Source: Ostrea edulis
Lineage: Eukaryota
NCBI RefSeq assembly: GCF_947568905.1
Contig: NC_079167.1
Coordinates: 30,008,001 to 30,072,000, forward strand
Reading direction: 5' to 3'
Length of the DNA: 64,000 bases
Every line of letters begins with the position of its first letter. The first letter of the stretch is position 1. Below the pieces are notes generated by a model that saw only the letters and a program-made list of their open reading frames with translations, was not told the origin of the DNA and made no database searches. This document shows positions 9,636-22,414 of the stretch, piece by piece. The position numbers and the translations under genes are program-made.

Positions 9636-12600
9636 ATGGCACAAGGTATCGTCTGCTTGTCCCTGGTAATCCTGGGCTGTTGCTATTTACTGTCCTCCCA
9701 TCTCATCCAAAACCCTTTCACATCCGAACAACTTGCAGTTCTCGCTAACGCCAACTTTAGGGATCTTCCCTTTCGATTACAGGTTGCCCTCAGAAGAAGA
9801 CCTAAAACAGGAGACAATTCGTAAGTATTTCAAAAGAGAAAATTGGGGATGATTTTGCTTTACAACTGACATGTAAATTGTTCAGCAATATCACTTTCTT
9901 AGGACATTTCTTTAAACACTTCTGCAAGGTATTTTGTCCTAAATTATTTCTTATCATTTGTCTTGCATTTTCACCTGAATTGTAAATTGGCTTTCGAAAC
10001 TTTCACATGAAGCAACAACAAAAGAGTCATTCACATTTATTGTGATATTTGGATTACATATACGTTTCACATGGATGTGATAAGAAATTTGTATGTTTCA
10101 AAGTACACACACGCTGTACGTTTTGTGCGATAGTAGATATTCATATTAAAATCATACAATGTTCTTTGCATATTTGCTGATTAAGTATTGTACATGTAAA
10201 ATAATATAGCTTCAAAACGCGCGTGACAATCACATGCAGTGTTCTTGCATACAAATGCTGTATTAAAACTGATAAAAATGTAAAAATTTTAGACATTTTT
10301 GCTGCTCCACCGATACAAGTACTCCCATTGGTTACAAAACAGTTTCCAAGGTTGTCAGCGAAATCATCAAAGTAGGAAAAGTTGTCCAGGTTGGAGAAAA
10401 TTCTTGTGGATTTTTAAACACCGGAAAATGTCATCAAAACGAGCTGCGATATGAGTAAGTATTATTTTGCAGAATGATTCAAAGTTAAAGACGCAAGATT
10501 GAATGTACTGTGGCTGGATGGTACAATGTATTTCTGTCTATTCACATCATACTTAAGATTTAAATTCGTATCATTACTTTAAATTTCCATTCATTATGCT
10601 GTATATTTATGTTTAACTTCATACCAATGCTTAAACAGTAAAATTGTTTTAGTGGGGGAAAATGACTTATATTTATGAATGAGAATTAATTGATTACAGA
10701 GAGAAGGTGATCACCCATCTGACGTACGAGGAGATGCCCTTGATTCAGCAGTGTCCTTCTTCCAACATCGTCTGCTGTAACCACTACGTAAACATTACCG
10801 GAAACTGCATGTGTATGTGTCTTACGCGGATCAATTGCAGTGTCTCTTTGTTGTTTTACATCCCATTCAGGATTTCTTTACTCAAATAGACATGTGACCA
10901 GGCTCCCTGACCATACGTTGAGAGTATATTTAAGTCGAATTACTCATGAATTAGTGATATTTATCAGTCAATGAAATTCATTTTGAGATATTTTCAATTT
11001 GATTCCAAATGACAATAAGGATTTCGTGTGATTTTAACACGCCAAGTGACTATAACAAACTCTTATTTTCAACTCAAGTCTACTCTCAGTTTATTGTCAT
11101 GGGGCCTGCATTAGGCGGATGAACACAGAGTTTGACCATGTGCTCATGACCATTATAGTGAGGGTTCTTTGTATGACGCTCAGGGTCATTCTGTTTGAGT
11201 CCTTTGTGTGACGCTAAGGGCCATTGTATTGAGAGTTCTTTGTGTAACACTCAAGGCTATTGTAGTGAGGCTTCTTTGTGTGACGCTCAGGGCCATTATA
11301 ATGAGGGTTATTTGTGTGACGCTCAGGGCCATTGTATTGAGGGTTCTTTGTGTGACGCTCAGGGCCATTATAGTGAGAATTCTTTGTGTGACGCTCAGGG
11401 CCATTATAGTGAGGGTTCTTTGTGTGACGCTAAGGGCCATTGTATTGAGACTTCTTTGTGTAACACTCAGGGCTATTGTAGTGAGGGTTGTTTGTGTGAC
11501 GCTCAGGGCCATTATAATGAGGGTTGTTTGTGTGACGCTCAGGGCCATTGTATTGAGGGTTCTTCGTGTGACGCTCAGGGCCATTGTATTGAGGGTTCTT
11601 CGTGTGACGCTCAGGACCATTGTATTGAGGGTTCTTCGTGTGACGCTCAGGACCATTGTATTGAGGGTTCTTCGTGTGACGCTCAGGACCATTGTATTGA
11701 GGGTTCTTTGTGTGACGCTCAGGGCCATTGTAGTGAAGGTTCTTTGTGTGACGCTCAGGGCCATTGTAGTGAAGGTTCTTTGGGTGACGCTCAGGGCCAT
11801 TGTAGTGAAGGTTCTTTGGGTGACGCTCAGGGCCATTATAGTGAAGGTTCTTTGGGTGACGCTCAGGGCCATTGTAGTGAAGGTTCTTTGTGAGACGCTC
11901 AGGGCCATTGTATTGAGGGTTCTTTGTATGACGCTCAGGACCATTGTAGTGAGGGTTCTTTGTGTGACGCTCAGGACCATTGTAGTGAGGGTTCTTTGTG
12001 TGACGCTCAGGGCCATTGTAGTGAGGGTTCTTTGTGTGACGCTCAGGGCCATTGTAGTGAGGGTTCTTTGTGTGACGCTCAGGGCCATTGTAGTGAGGGT
12101 TCTTTATCCTGCCAACGGTGACACGGGACCCATATGTGTTATCTCACGCCCACAAAACCCATGACTTTCACTTCCGGTCGACAGGGGATGCTTACTCCTC
12201 TTAGGCACCCGATCCCACCTCTGGTGTGTCCAGGGGTCCATGTTTGCCCAACTATCTATTTTGTATTCCTTATAGGAGTTATGAGATTGATCACTGTTCG
12301 TTATCTTCACCATTCTTACACCGGGTGTTTGGCGAAGGTACTTGTAGTCGCTGCCTATGTTAAACGTCTTAGGCTTGATTTGGTAAATTGCATGCATTGT
12401 TGATGGATAAAGACATTTTATCTAAATACGTTTTGTGGGACATTCTTTGGGAAGCTTTTTTGTGAAAATTTACACAAAATCTTTCGAGCAAAGGATCAGT
12501 TAACCACAGGCATCATAGAAGTACGTAATTAAGTCAATGTACTGAGACATGTCGTAAACTTTAGAGAACAATGGAATCAAATGAGTTTATGTTACTTACA

Positions 12601-12704
12601 TTCAATGCGCTAATTGATGGTTTATCTTTTTTGTAGTAATTGCTGAAGCGTCCGCCTATAAGCAGGACTTGATTGATCTTATGCAAGCGGGACTTCTTGG
12701 TTAA
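9636..12704 (+). CDS. Secreted EMI-like cysteine-rich preproprotein, paralog A (175 aa); exons 9636-9820, 10293-10454, 10700-10812, 12637-12704
   Basis: Signal peptide MAQGIVCLSLVILGCCYLLSS; HFCC...CGFLNTGKC; CPSSNIVCCNHYVNITGNC; ends QDLIDLMQAGLLG*. Intron phases 2,2,1 are shared with four paralogs. Confidence 0.88.
11148..12105. repeat. 36-bp minisatellite, about 26 copies, in intron 3 of paralog A
   Basis: TGTGTGACGCTCAGGGCCATTGTAGTGAGGGTTCTT. Confidence 0.95.
12120..12315 (+). mobile_element. Penelope-like 3' end fragment in intron 3 of paralog A
   Basis: Same tail consensus as the RT-linked copies. Confidence 0.75.
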
Positions 12705-14484
12705 ATATATATCTGTAATAAATGTGGTAAAAAAAAAACAACCTTCAGTCTATTCGTAATACTTGCATAGATATTCCTGTATTTCAACGTCTGTATGTCA
12801 GACGTCGAAGTCTGAAAGGTATGCACTTTATGAAGACATTGACTTAAGTTTGTTTTATGTATGCAGTTGGTAAGGACATTGGACTTTGTTTAATGAACTG
12901 CATGAAGTAGCTACTTTCTGAAGACATTGATCATGTTTTGAGTTGATATTTTATGAAGACATTGACTTTGTTTTAAGTTTGTACTTGATGACTTTATTAA
13001 AACATGTACTCGAATGTCTAAATTTAGATTAACAAAAACTTGTACGATATGAAAATTTTCATGAACTCGCTTTTTTCAATTCACCTTAAGGATTGCTTTG
13101 TGATATTGAAATAATTCTGTAATGAATGCATTTTTTCTCTATAATCAAAACTACTACAGAAAGACACTCCAGCATATGAATTCTGATAAGATTATACCAA
13201 TAATAATGCACATTTTCCCGCTTTAAAATTACCACAAAATGTGAAAGACTCTCTCAGAAAATTTTAATATCATTAGTCAGGACAATAATACAGAAAAATA
13301 TTCTACTTTAATATTTCCAAATCAAATACAGCTGATCTGCAAAGGTCAGTTGTGTCACAGTCTGTATAATGGAGTGAAATAGGGTACACAAATATTCAGT
13401 TTATTCAACTGGCAGTAATAATACTTTTAAATGAAGATACCTTGGGTGCTACTGGTTTTTAAGGTTATGCGTGATATACATATTTAGCTCACAACAATGA
13501 CAATTCCCACATTTCATGTTTACAAGATACGTTTCCGCCCAAGTCTTATTAACCTTTCGGGAATGGTACTGGGCATATGTAACTTACAATGTAGTTCTTA
13601 TGGGGTCTAGACGTTCTATGTAAAAAATTCAAAGTTGCTGAAAGAGAGATTTAGATATTATTTGTGTATAAGAATTTAGTTACATTTATTATTTAATCTT
13701 TATTTCAGATTGCAGGTATCAATCCTTGTATAAAGAACAATACTTACAACTTGAAAATGTCAAGATATGTATCGTTCGTTTTGTATTATTTCGAATTGAC
13801 TTCTTTTAATGAAATAGAAATGAGAATCAGAAGCATTGAAACTTCTATGGTTTTAATCGTGAGTTGTTTTGTGACTCGGATTTCTGCTTATTAGTTCCTT
13901 ATCAATGAAACCAGAGGAACCCAAAAGTACAATCTATGTCGCACTTCATTTACCGCACTTTTATCCCTAATGGTTCGAGGTACTGATATGAAACTTTCTA
14001 AGTAGTTCTAACGTTCCGATAACAGCGTGTCACTTCACAAGCGCCCGTGTGGATCCGGGTTAGAAGAATAGGTCCTCAGTACCCCTTGATTGTCGTAAGA
14101 GACGACTAAATGGGGCGGTCCTTCGGATGAAACCGCGACTCCGTGTTGTTAACGACGTTAAACAATATACTATCAATAAATCATTTCGCTTACAAATTTT
14201 ACTCATTGATTGAGCGTATGGTTTCAATAAAAGTGAGTTTGGGTGACCCTGCTATGTCATTATTTCAAAGTGAGAGGTCATTGAGAACAAAATTAAAACC
14301 TGTTTCAACGAAATCTACATTATGAGAGGCCTCACCCAAATATTGCACGTTCAATCAACGGAAGTGACACGCTGTTACTCGAGCAATGGTATCCTAGTAA
14401 TCAAGTACACTCCTCAGATCCAGTTCCACTTTTGGAAGAGTTATGACCCTTAACTTCCAATTTTGCTATTTCTGCACTTGTTTG

Positions 14485-14918
14485 TTATTATACCCCCCGC
14501 AACAAGTTGTGGTGGGGTATACTGGAATCGGGTTTTCCGTCTGTAGACGCAATGGTTTCCGGGCTCTAAAGCGTTATCCTTTCTACCTACAGTCACCATA
14601 TCATACATATGGACTACCCATGGGATGAAGATGTTCCCTATCGATTTTGGGGTCAAAAGGTCAAAGGTCACGCGTACTGGACATCGAAGTAGCAATATGG
14701 TTTCCATTTAAATTCTTTAACGGCTTTTTTCATCGCATGGAGATGCTGTGTTCCTAGATAATCCATTTCTCCCTACAAACGAGAATACCCAAGGTTTGTC
14801 ATGCCATTTGTTTTTTACTCTCAGAAAAGAGGTAGTTTATACCTATTACCAACACCCTTTGGGAGATTGGGGTAAACGGGGGGTATTCTTAGTGAGCATT
14901 GCTCACAGTACCTCTTGT
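14485..14918 (+). mobile_element. HINE-like element, same family ends as 50994-51689
   Basis: TATACCCCCC..GGGGTATA start; end AACACCCTTTGGGAGATTGGGGTAA..GGGGTATTCTTAGTGAGCATTGCTCACAGTACCTCTTGT nearly identical to the other copy. Confidence 0.75.
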
Positions 14919-16499
14919 TCTTTTTAACGTTGATATAAGACATGCTGACTAACTTTCTAATTAAAAACTACAGATAAAGTTGAACTTTAATCTTGGTTGA
15001 CCCAGTTTTCCAGGAGTTATAAATGCGTAAAATTTATCATTTTAATATCTACTTAACCCTGTGGTTAAGTATGTGTTCAATCCTCGATCCCTGCGCCACA
15101 CCAAACCTTAGAAAATCAGAATTATTGTTGATATTCGCCACAGTGTCCCCGGTGTTATCATGTTTTTAGATGACCGGAAACCCCGTGGTTCCATGTCAAT
15201 GATATGGAGAACAAACGAGGAAATGTCCTTGTGCACGAGATTTAAAGAGTATCTTGTATACAATTTCACTTAAAACAAACATTGATTACCAAGCCAAAAA
15301 CAATAATCATGTAATGTGCAGTATTTATACGTCTGTAGATTGAGTGCTAGCTTTTCATGGAAACTTGTTCATTTGTTCTGATGTATGGAGAGGCCAACCC
15401 GAAAATTTGACTACTTGCTCGTAACTTTGGTCATTTTTATGCTTTATATAAGTTTTGTATTTGACTTTGCTACCACTTTAAAAATCCATGACTTTTAGGT
15501 ATCGGGCGTTGTTGGAACTCACTGCTTACATACACACGTGACCACATTGAATAAACGATCAGAAGCTGGTGTTGACAGACAATCGTCAAAGTCATTCTGA
15601 AAGTGTTTGGGTGAAATACAGAATTGAGGGCGTAATGATAAATCAGAAAGTCGGCCATGAAGGCCAATCTTAGTGCACGTACAAACTTTCCCTGAGAACC
15701 AGCCATGTTTTATTTTGATCCTCGTCACCTTTGGCCGGCACTTGCTCCTGTCTACAAGAAACACCGATAATTCATGACACTCGTAAGGACATAGAACGTC
15801 TCCTAGTCTGTTCAGTTCAGATTAAAGAGTTGAGATGCATTACAGTTGTGTAAATGAGAGCTGTGAAGATTATATACTGGGATTGGTCGGACGTTTTGTA
15901 ATAAACAGTTTTCGAGATATTTTATCAATTGTTGAATTTGAAGGATAAATTTGATACTTTTTAATATAACCCTATTGCAGTAGATTTATAATGTAAGAAA
16001 CATTTCAGAAGACGCTTTGGGAATGTTACTACTATACCCCATTCATGTGAAGTTTGGTGCAGAAACTCAGTCTACAATTTGATATTTAGTCAGACTTGAC
16101 AAAAAGATTACTTACACTATATACATTGGTTGGATAAGATCAAGTTGATCGGGTTTTCAATTAGTTTGATGTAGCAACATGCATAAGTAAAAAAAAGTGT
16201 TACTTCACTTAAGAGCTGGTGCCATCTCTGCATGGGTGGAAAATTCTAGAAACCTTATCCTAACCTGAACACTAACCCTGATATAAACAAGATACAAACA
16301 AAAACAAGTTTACTATAATATTTATATCTTTTAACAAAGATAAAATATACTAGCAAATATTACTTACTAGAGGGCATGGTTTTTTAATAATGCCATATTA
16401 TGAAGGTCAATACCAATTGGTGAAAACTCACAAAATCAGTGTCCAAATTTTTGAGTCCGTATAGACATGCCTTACACGGAAGTTACGGGAGACCTTAGC

Positions 16500-16840
16500 A
16501 TAAAAAGTGTAGAAAACGAATAGTGATCAATCTCATAATTCCTATACAGAGTACCAAATTAAAAGTAGGACAAACACAGACCCCTGGACACAGCAGAGGT
16601 GAGATCGGGTGCCTAGGAGGTGTAAGAATCCATTGTTGACCGGTCACACCCGCCGTGAGCCTTATAAAGGTAAACGGAGCAATCCGTAGTCAAAAGTAGA
16701 ATGCAAAGAACGGCCTAACAGTTGGTATGAAACAGTCAGAAGCTTTCGATTTAATGACACGTTGTGTTTGTAAACTAGATCGTCATAACGACCATAGAAT
16801 TTGCGAAATGCTGACTTTAAAACCCCTGTAACATCAACTG
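16500..16840 (-). mobile_element. Penelope-like 3' end fragment
   Basis: Same tail consensus, reverse orientation, extending into RT C-terminal coding remnant. Confidence 0.7.
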
Positions 16841-17124
16841 TTGTATTGCGATCCTAGACAAATGTCATCTCAACAATATCAAAGTTATTAAGAAAGAAAT
16901 TACAAAACTTCTGGTTTGGCCATGAATGAAAAATTGTTTCATGATCTTCAATCAACGTCATTATAATACGTCAAAGGAGTTAGACTTGTAGCCTGGGTCC
17001 AGTTGAACAAAATCAAGTAAAGTTCAACTGACAGTTAACTTCCAAGTTAACGCTATATAAATGCTCAAGTTAATGACAAGTTTTAAACTGCCAGTTAAAG
17101 TTAAAAAATCGTGCAACTGGGTTC

Positions 17125-19400
17125 AGGTCCATAACTATGTAATACAGGATTTAGACTGATAGTCTGGTACATAACTATGTAATACAGGATTTAGACTGAT
17201 AGTCTGGTTTGTAACGTTGTAGTATAGGATTTAGACTGGCAGTCTGGTCTATAACTATGTAGTACAGGATTTAAACTGGTAGTCTGCTCCATAACTATTA
17301 CTGGTATTGCAGAAATTGTAAATCGATTAACATGAGTGATAGTTGTCATCTGCAAAATAAAGTTTTTAAAAAAAATTGACAGTGGTATAGTGAGTAACGT
17401 TTTCTGAATGACTTTGATCTTTAAATTTTGATCTAGATAACTTATTGTTCAAAATCATGGATCATATGCAGGATAGTGTAAAGATTTATTAAAATCTACT
17501 CAGTAATTAAATAAATTATTAGTTGGGAGAAAGAGGTAACTAATTACCCACAAATTGGTGTTTAATACATGTATCACATGCAGGGAAAGTTTATTTAAGG
17601 ATATTATCACACATGGCAGGTTAATTGTACCGTGGTGGTAACTGTAGAATAGACTAGGTATTGATCCGGTACTTGACAGGTTGATTGTACTGTAGAATAG
17701 ACTAGGTATTGATCCGGTACTTGACAGGTTGATTGTACTGTAGAATAGACTAGGTATTGATCCGGTACTTGACAGGTTGATTGTACTGTAGAATAGACTA
17801 GGTATTGATCCGGTACTTGGGAGGTTGATTGTACCTTGGTGGTAACTGTAGAATAGACTAGGTATTGATCCGGTACTTGACAGGTTGATTGTACTGTAGA
17901 ATAGACAAGGTATTGATCCGGTACTTGACAGGTTGATTGTACTGTAGAATAGACAAGGTATTGATCCGGTACTTGACAGGTTGATTGTAACATGGTGGTA
18001 ACTGTAGAATAGACTAGGTATTGATCCAGTACTTGTCAGGTTGGTTGTACTGTAGAATAGACTAGGTATTGATCCGGTACTTGTCAGGTTGATTGTACCT
18101 TGGTGGTAACTGTAGAATGGTACTTTGCAGGTTGATTGTACTTTGGTGGTAACTGTAGAATAGACTAGGTATTGATCCGGTACTTGACAGGTTGATTGTA
18201 CTGTAGAATAGACAAGGTATTGATCCGGTACTTGACAGGTTGATTGTACTGTAGAATAGACAAGGTATTGATCCGGTACTTGACAGGTTGATTGTAACAT
18301 GGTGGTAACTGTAGAATAGACTAGGTATTGATCCAGTACTTGTCAGGTTGGTTGTACTGTAGAATAGACTAGGTATTGATCCGGTACTTGACAGGTTGAT
18401 TGTACTGTAGAATAGACTAGGTATTGATCCAGTACTTGACAGGTTGATTGTAACATGGTGGTAACTGTAGAATAGACTAGGTATTGATCCGGTACTTGTC
18501 AGGTTGATTGTACCTTGGTGGTAACTGTAGAATGGTACTTTGCAGGTTGATTGTACTTTGGTGGTAACTGTAGAATAGACTAGGTATTGATCCGATACTT
18601 GACAGGTTGATTGTACTGTAGAATAGACAAGGTATTGATTCGGTACTTCACAGGTTGATTGTACTGTAGAATAGACTAGGTATTGATCCGGTACTTGACA
18701 GGTTGATTGTAACATGGTGGTAACTGTAGAATAGACTAGGTATTGATCCGGTACTTGTCAGGTTGATTGTACCTTGGTGGTAACTGTAGAATAGACTAGG
18801 TATTGATCCGGTACTTGACAGGTTGATTGTACCTTGGTGGTAACTGTAGAATAGACTAGGTATTGATCCGGTACTTGGCAGGCTAATTGGACCTTGGTGG
18901 TAACTGTAGAATGGTACTTTGCAGGTTGATTGTACTTTGGTGGTAACTGTAGAATAGACTAGGTATTGATCCGGAAGTTGGGAGGTTGATTGTAACATGG
19001 TGGTAACTGTAGAATAGACTAGGTATTGATCCGGTTCTTGGGAGGTTGATTATACTTTGGTGGTAACTGTAGAATAGACAAGGTATTGATCCGGTTTTTG
19101 GGCGGTTGATTGTACTTTGGTGGTGACTGTAGAATAGACAAGGTATTGATCCGGTTCTTGGGAGGTTGATTATACTTTGGTGGTGACTGTAGAATAGACA
19201 AGGTATTGATCCGGTTCTTGGGAGGTTGATTATACTTTGGTGGTAACTGTAGAATAGACAAGGTATTGATCCGGTTCTTGGGAGGTTGATTGTACTTTGG
19301 TGGTAACTGTAGAATAGACAAGGTATTGATCCGGTACTTTGCAGGTTGATTGTACTTTGATAGTAACTGTAGAATAGACTATGTATTGACCCGGTACTCG
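17125..19400. repeat. 40-bp repeat (17125-17300) and a composite 48/60/43-bp minisatellite (17615-19400)
   Basis: Core CTGTAGAATAGACTAGGTATTGATCCGGTACTTGACAGGTTGATTGTA, with an optional 12-bp CCTTGGTGGTAA insert and a deleted variant. Confidence 0.93.
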
Positions 19401-20979
19401 ATACGTTTACGCCTTCGGCTGTTACACAACATGGAGATTTGAAACCTTTAACCATGTACCTCGCTGATTGTTGTGAATGAACACAAGATGACGAGATATG
19501 TCTTCATGGCATACTTAAGTTTACACTCTATCTTTCTAGTGGAGCATATAGTTGTTACCTGTTTCAAGAATTGCATGAATGACTGCAAATATAATCTCTT
19601 TTTGCTGTTCGCTCGTTCTTTGGATTCGACAATGAACACATGGGAATGCTGTCGGTATTCACAACACTTAAAGGAATCAAATTCAAAAGTCTGACCTTCA
19701 GACGAGGGATATCAGTCAATGTCAATCATTTTCTTTCAGATTTTGTAAGCTCTTAAATGTGTCTGGACATAGGCTAGTAATGAAGCCATTTAAGCAAGTT
19801 TCTGTCCAAATTGTACGAAGCATGGGTGATTTCACCTCCAGAGGGCGCTGGATTCAGTTGGCATCATAGAGCTACGCCGTACTTTCCTTTTACAGAAAGT
19901 TGGAAACTTTCTCGATTTGATTCGGATCGGGTGAATTATCAGGCCGCGACGGTAATGTGACTCCATTGCGTTTCATATATAAAATTTTCTAAGTAGTTCC
20001 GGACTTTAAGCAGTTGGGAATGATTTGAATATGTTAACACTAAACTCAATTGTCACCGAAAATAAACTAATATATATACTTAGAGGCACCAAAGATGAAA
20101 AGATTTACCACAAAGAGCTGAATAAGCTTGAAGCCAAGTGAAGTCTTGGATGTAGTACGAAAAGAAAAGAAGACACCATTAAAAAAACAATACATGCATC
20201 AAGTTATGCCGGGCATTATACAGTAAGGCTAGAAATTTACATATTATCATTATCATAATTATTGCACCTAACTCTTCAGATGATGCAGTTGAACTATATA
20301 TTTTCGGATGAGTGACAAATTAAAAGTAGATGGGGACAGGTTCAATCCCATCGTCGCAAATCTAACAGAAAACAAACGCTCCTTGAAACCCAGTAATGAT
20401 GGAGAGAATTGGAGGGAAACACCCTTGGGTAACCGACGATGGTTCAATCCCAACTAATCATATACATTTATACATCTTAGATTCATCACTCGCCAACATT
20501 TCTTCAGATGCTGTAATTCAACCATATTGTCTTGACCGGTGAACAAGGTAAAGTTTTGAAAGGATGCTAAATTTAAAGTAACTATAGATTATGATTTTTC
20601 TTCTTCTGAATTTCATTTGATAAAGCTACAGAATATTTAACTAGATGTGTTTGTAAATTAAGCACCATGCCCCTTCTGTTGCCAACTTCAATTGTGACGT
20701 CATCCGAGCACATAGTCCTGACCTTGAACTTTCAGTTCACCCAAAGTCTCCTTTTTGTACAGTCAAAATTTCATGACAATGTTAAAGTTGCACCCAAAGA
20801 GACACATTTAAACAAGTATCCTTATTTTGATGAGTCAAAGGATGTGATTTTCGCCTTATGTTCAAACCGAGAGACAAAAATCGGCAACAGGCAGTGTATT
20901 GTTGGGATTTATCATTACGCACTATATTGGCTATCGGTTGTCTTATCTGTAGAAGGAGTTCTAAACTGCGACAATCAAC

Positions 20980-21845
20980 ATGAATACAATTTTGCTTTTA
21001 GTTTCATTTTTCTTTTTATGCGCGGTCGGATTGTGCAAGGATCATCCGCTGAAACCAATCATCAGGAAAGTCCGAGCGGAGGTGACTCTAAATGAGGAGG
21101 AGAAAACTACACTAGCCAGGGCAAACGAACACGAACTTCCGCCATCATTACAAAGACTTGTGCGCGCTACTCTAACAGGGTAAGGACCAAATTATGATAA
21201 TAGATAACTATTCTCAAAACCATATTTGTCTCACAAATTTGTTCATCTTTACAGAGACCACTTGTGCTGTAGAAATACCCCCTTACCACTGGTTACTAAA
21301 ACTAGGTCCGTTGCCAGGCACCATCTTGTTCATGACAAGTATGTATTAAGTGAGTACCAGACCAGAAACTGAGAATAGCCTTATGTTATGATTACTGCTG
21401 GTTAATAAGACAAGAATGAGATATAAACATATACTAAAAATGGTTTTTGTTTATGAAAATTATTTCAAAAGTTAGTTGGATTCGAAATTTAAACTCAAGT
21501 CTCTTCTCAGTGTCTTGAGGCCAGATGAAAATATAGATATGTTTACAGTAACTAGTATCATGGACTGTAATATACACCTTATCTTCTCTATACTGCAGAA
21601 CAGTGGTGACCTACGTAACAGAATACTATAAAACTGTGGTTGAAGGCCGATGTCCTCAGGAACATATAGTCTGTTGCAATATGTACATTATGGTGGCATA
21701 CAAATGTGTTTGTAAGTATATCTATCGTTGTCAGTATATGTGGTGCATTACTCTCGTTTGAATGACAACTACTTTTGACCCATGCCTTAATTTTTTTTCA
21801 GATTTGAAAGATCTTCATGAAGTTGCGATTTCCTTACTAGGATAA
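20980..21845 (+). CDS. Secreted EMI-like preproprotein, paralog B (146 aa); exons 20980-21179, 21255-21338, 21599-21711, 21802-21845
   Basis: Signal peptide MNTILLLVSFFFLCAVGLC; propeptide LARANEHELPPSLQRLVR homologous to A and D; DHLCC; CPQEHIVCCNMYIMVAYKC (113-nt exon as in A, D, E); ends ISLLG*. The exon 2 donor is the least certain boundary. Confidence 0.82.
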
Positions 21846-22414
21846 GAATAGCAGAGGTATATTTTTGTATCGCGGGAATGGAGACAAATAAACTTTGGTG
21901 GTAATCCCATATATTTGTTTGCTTTTATTACTTTGTTTAGAAAGGTACTTAAACTGAATTTATTGATTTTGAACGGGACAAGAGACAAGCGATATATTTT
22001 CATTATTTCTATAACATTTTTGTCAAGTTAAAACACATGCAAATTCCTACGTTACTCCCAAAGTAAGAGATTATTGGTACATACTGTTGTTGCAGAGTTA
22101 TATAAATAGCTATTTACTTGATTTATCTCCATGGACAGTGAGAGGATTATAGGGTTTTTGAACTTAAATTGGTAAACATTGGCACTAGTTGGGTGAAAAA
22201 TACGTGAGCTTGCATTTTTACATCGTAGGAGTGTTAATATTCAATTTAAGCTGAGTAACGCTTGTGATATATAACTAAACCTTTTTTTGGATGATGTATT
22301 CCTGTTTTCATCAAGTTTCGCTGGTACTTGTATGGCTGTTTACAATACCCACGCTTTCAACGTAAAACCAATAGCATTGATCAATTTCAAGTGTAATGTT
22401 TCCATTTGTGAATG

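Noticed and set aside
11186-12164. Cys/His-rich ORF (CDAQGHCSEGSL)n with a UGA at a Cys position (11891-11893)
   Set aside because: 36-bp intronic minisatellite open in several frames on both strands, with no compatible splice sites. A single T-to-A change explains the UGA, and there is no SECIS on that strand.
17500-19455. Multiple long minus-strand ORFs
   Set aside because: Products of the 48/60/43-bp minisatellite, changing frame at the 43-bp units.
19473-19694. 73-aa ORF with CFKNCMNDC and WECCRY, a possible sixth paralog
   Set aside because: Cys spacing and exon phases do not match the family, and there is no clear signal peptide or splice support.
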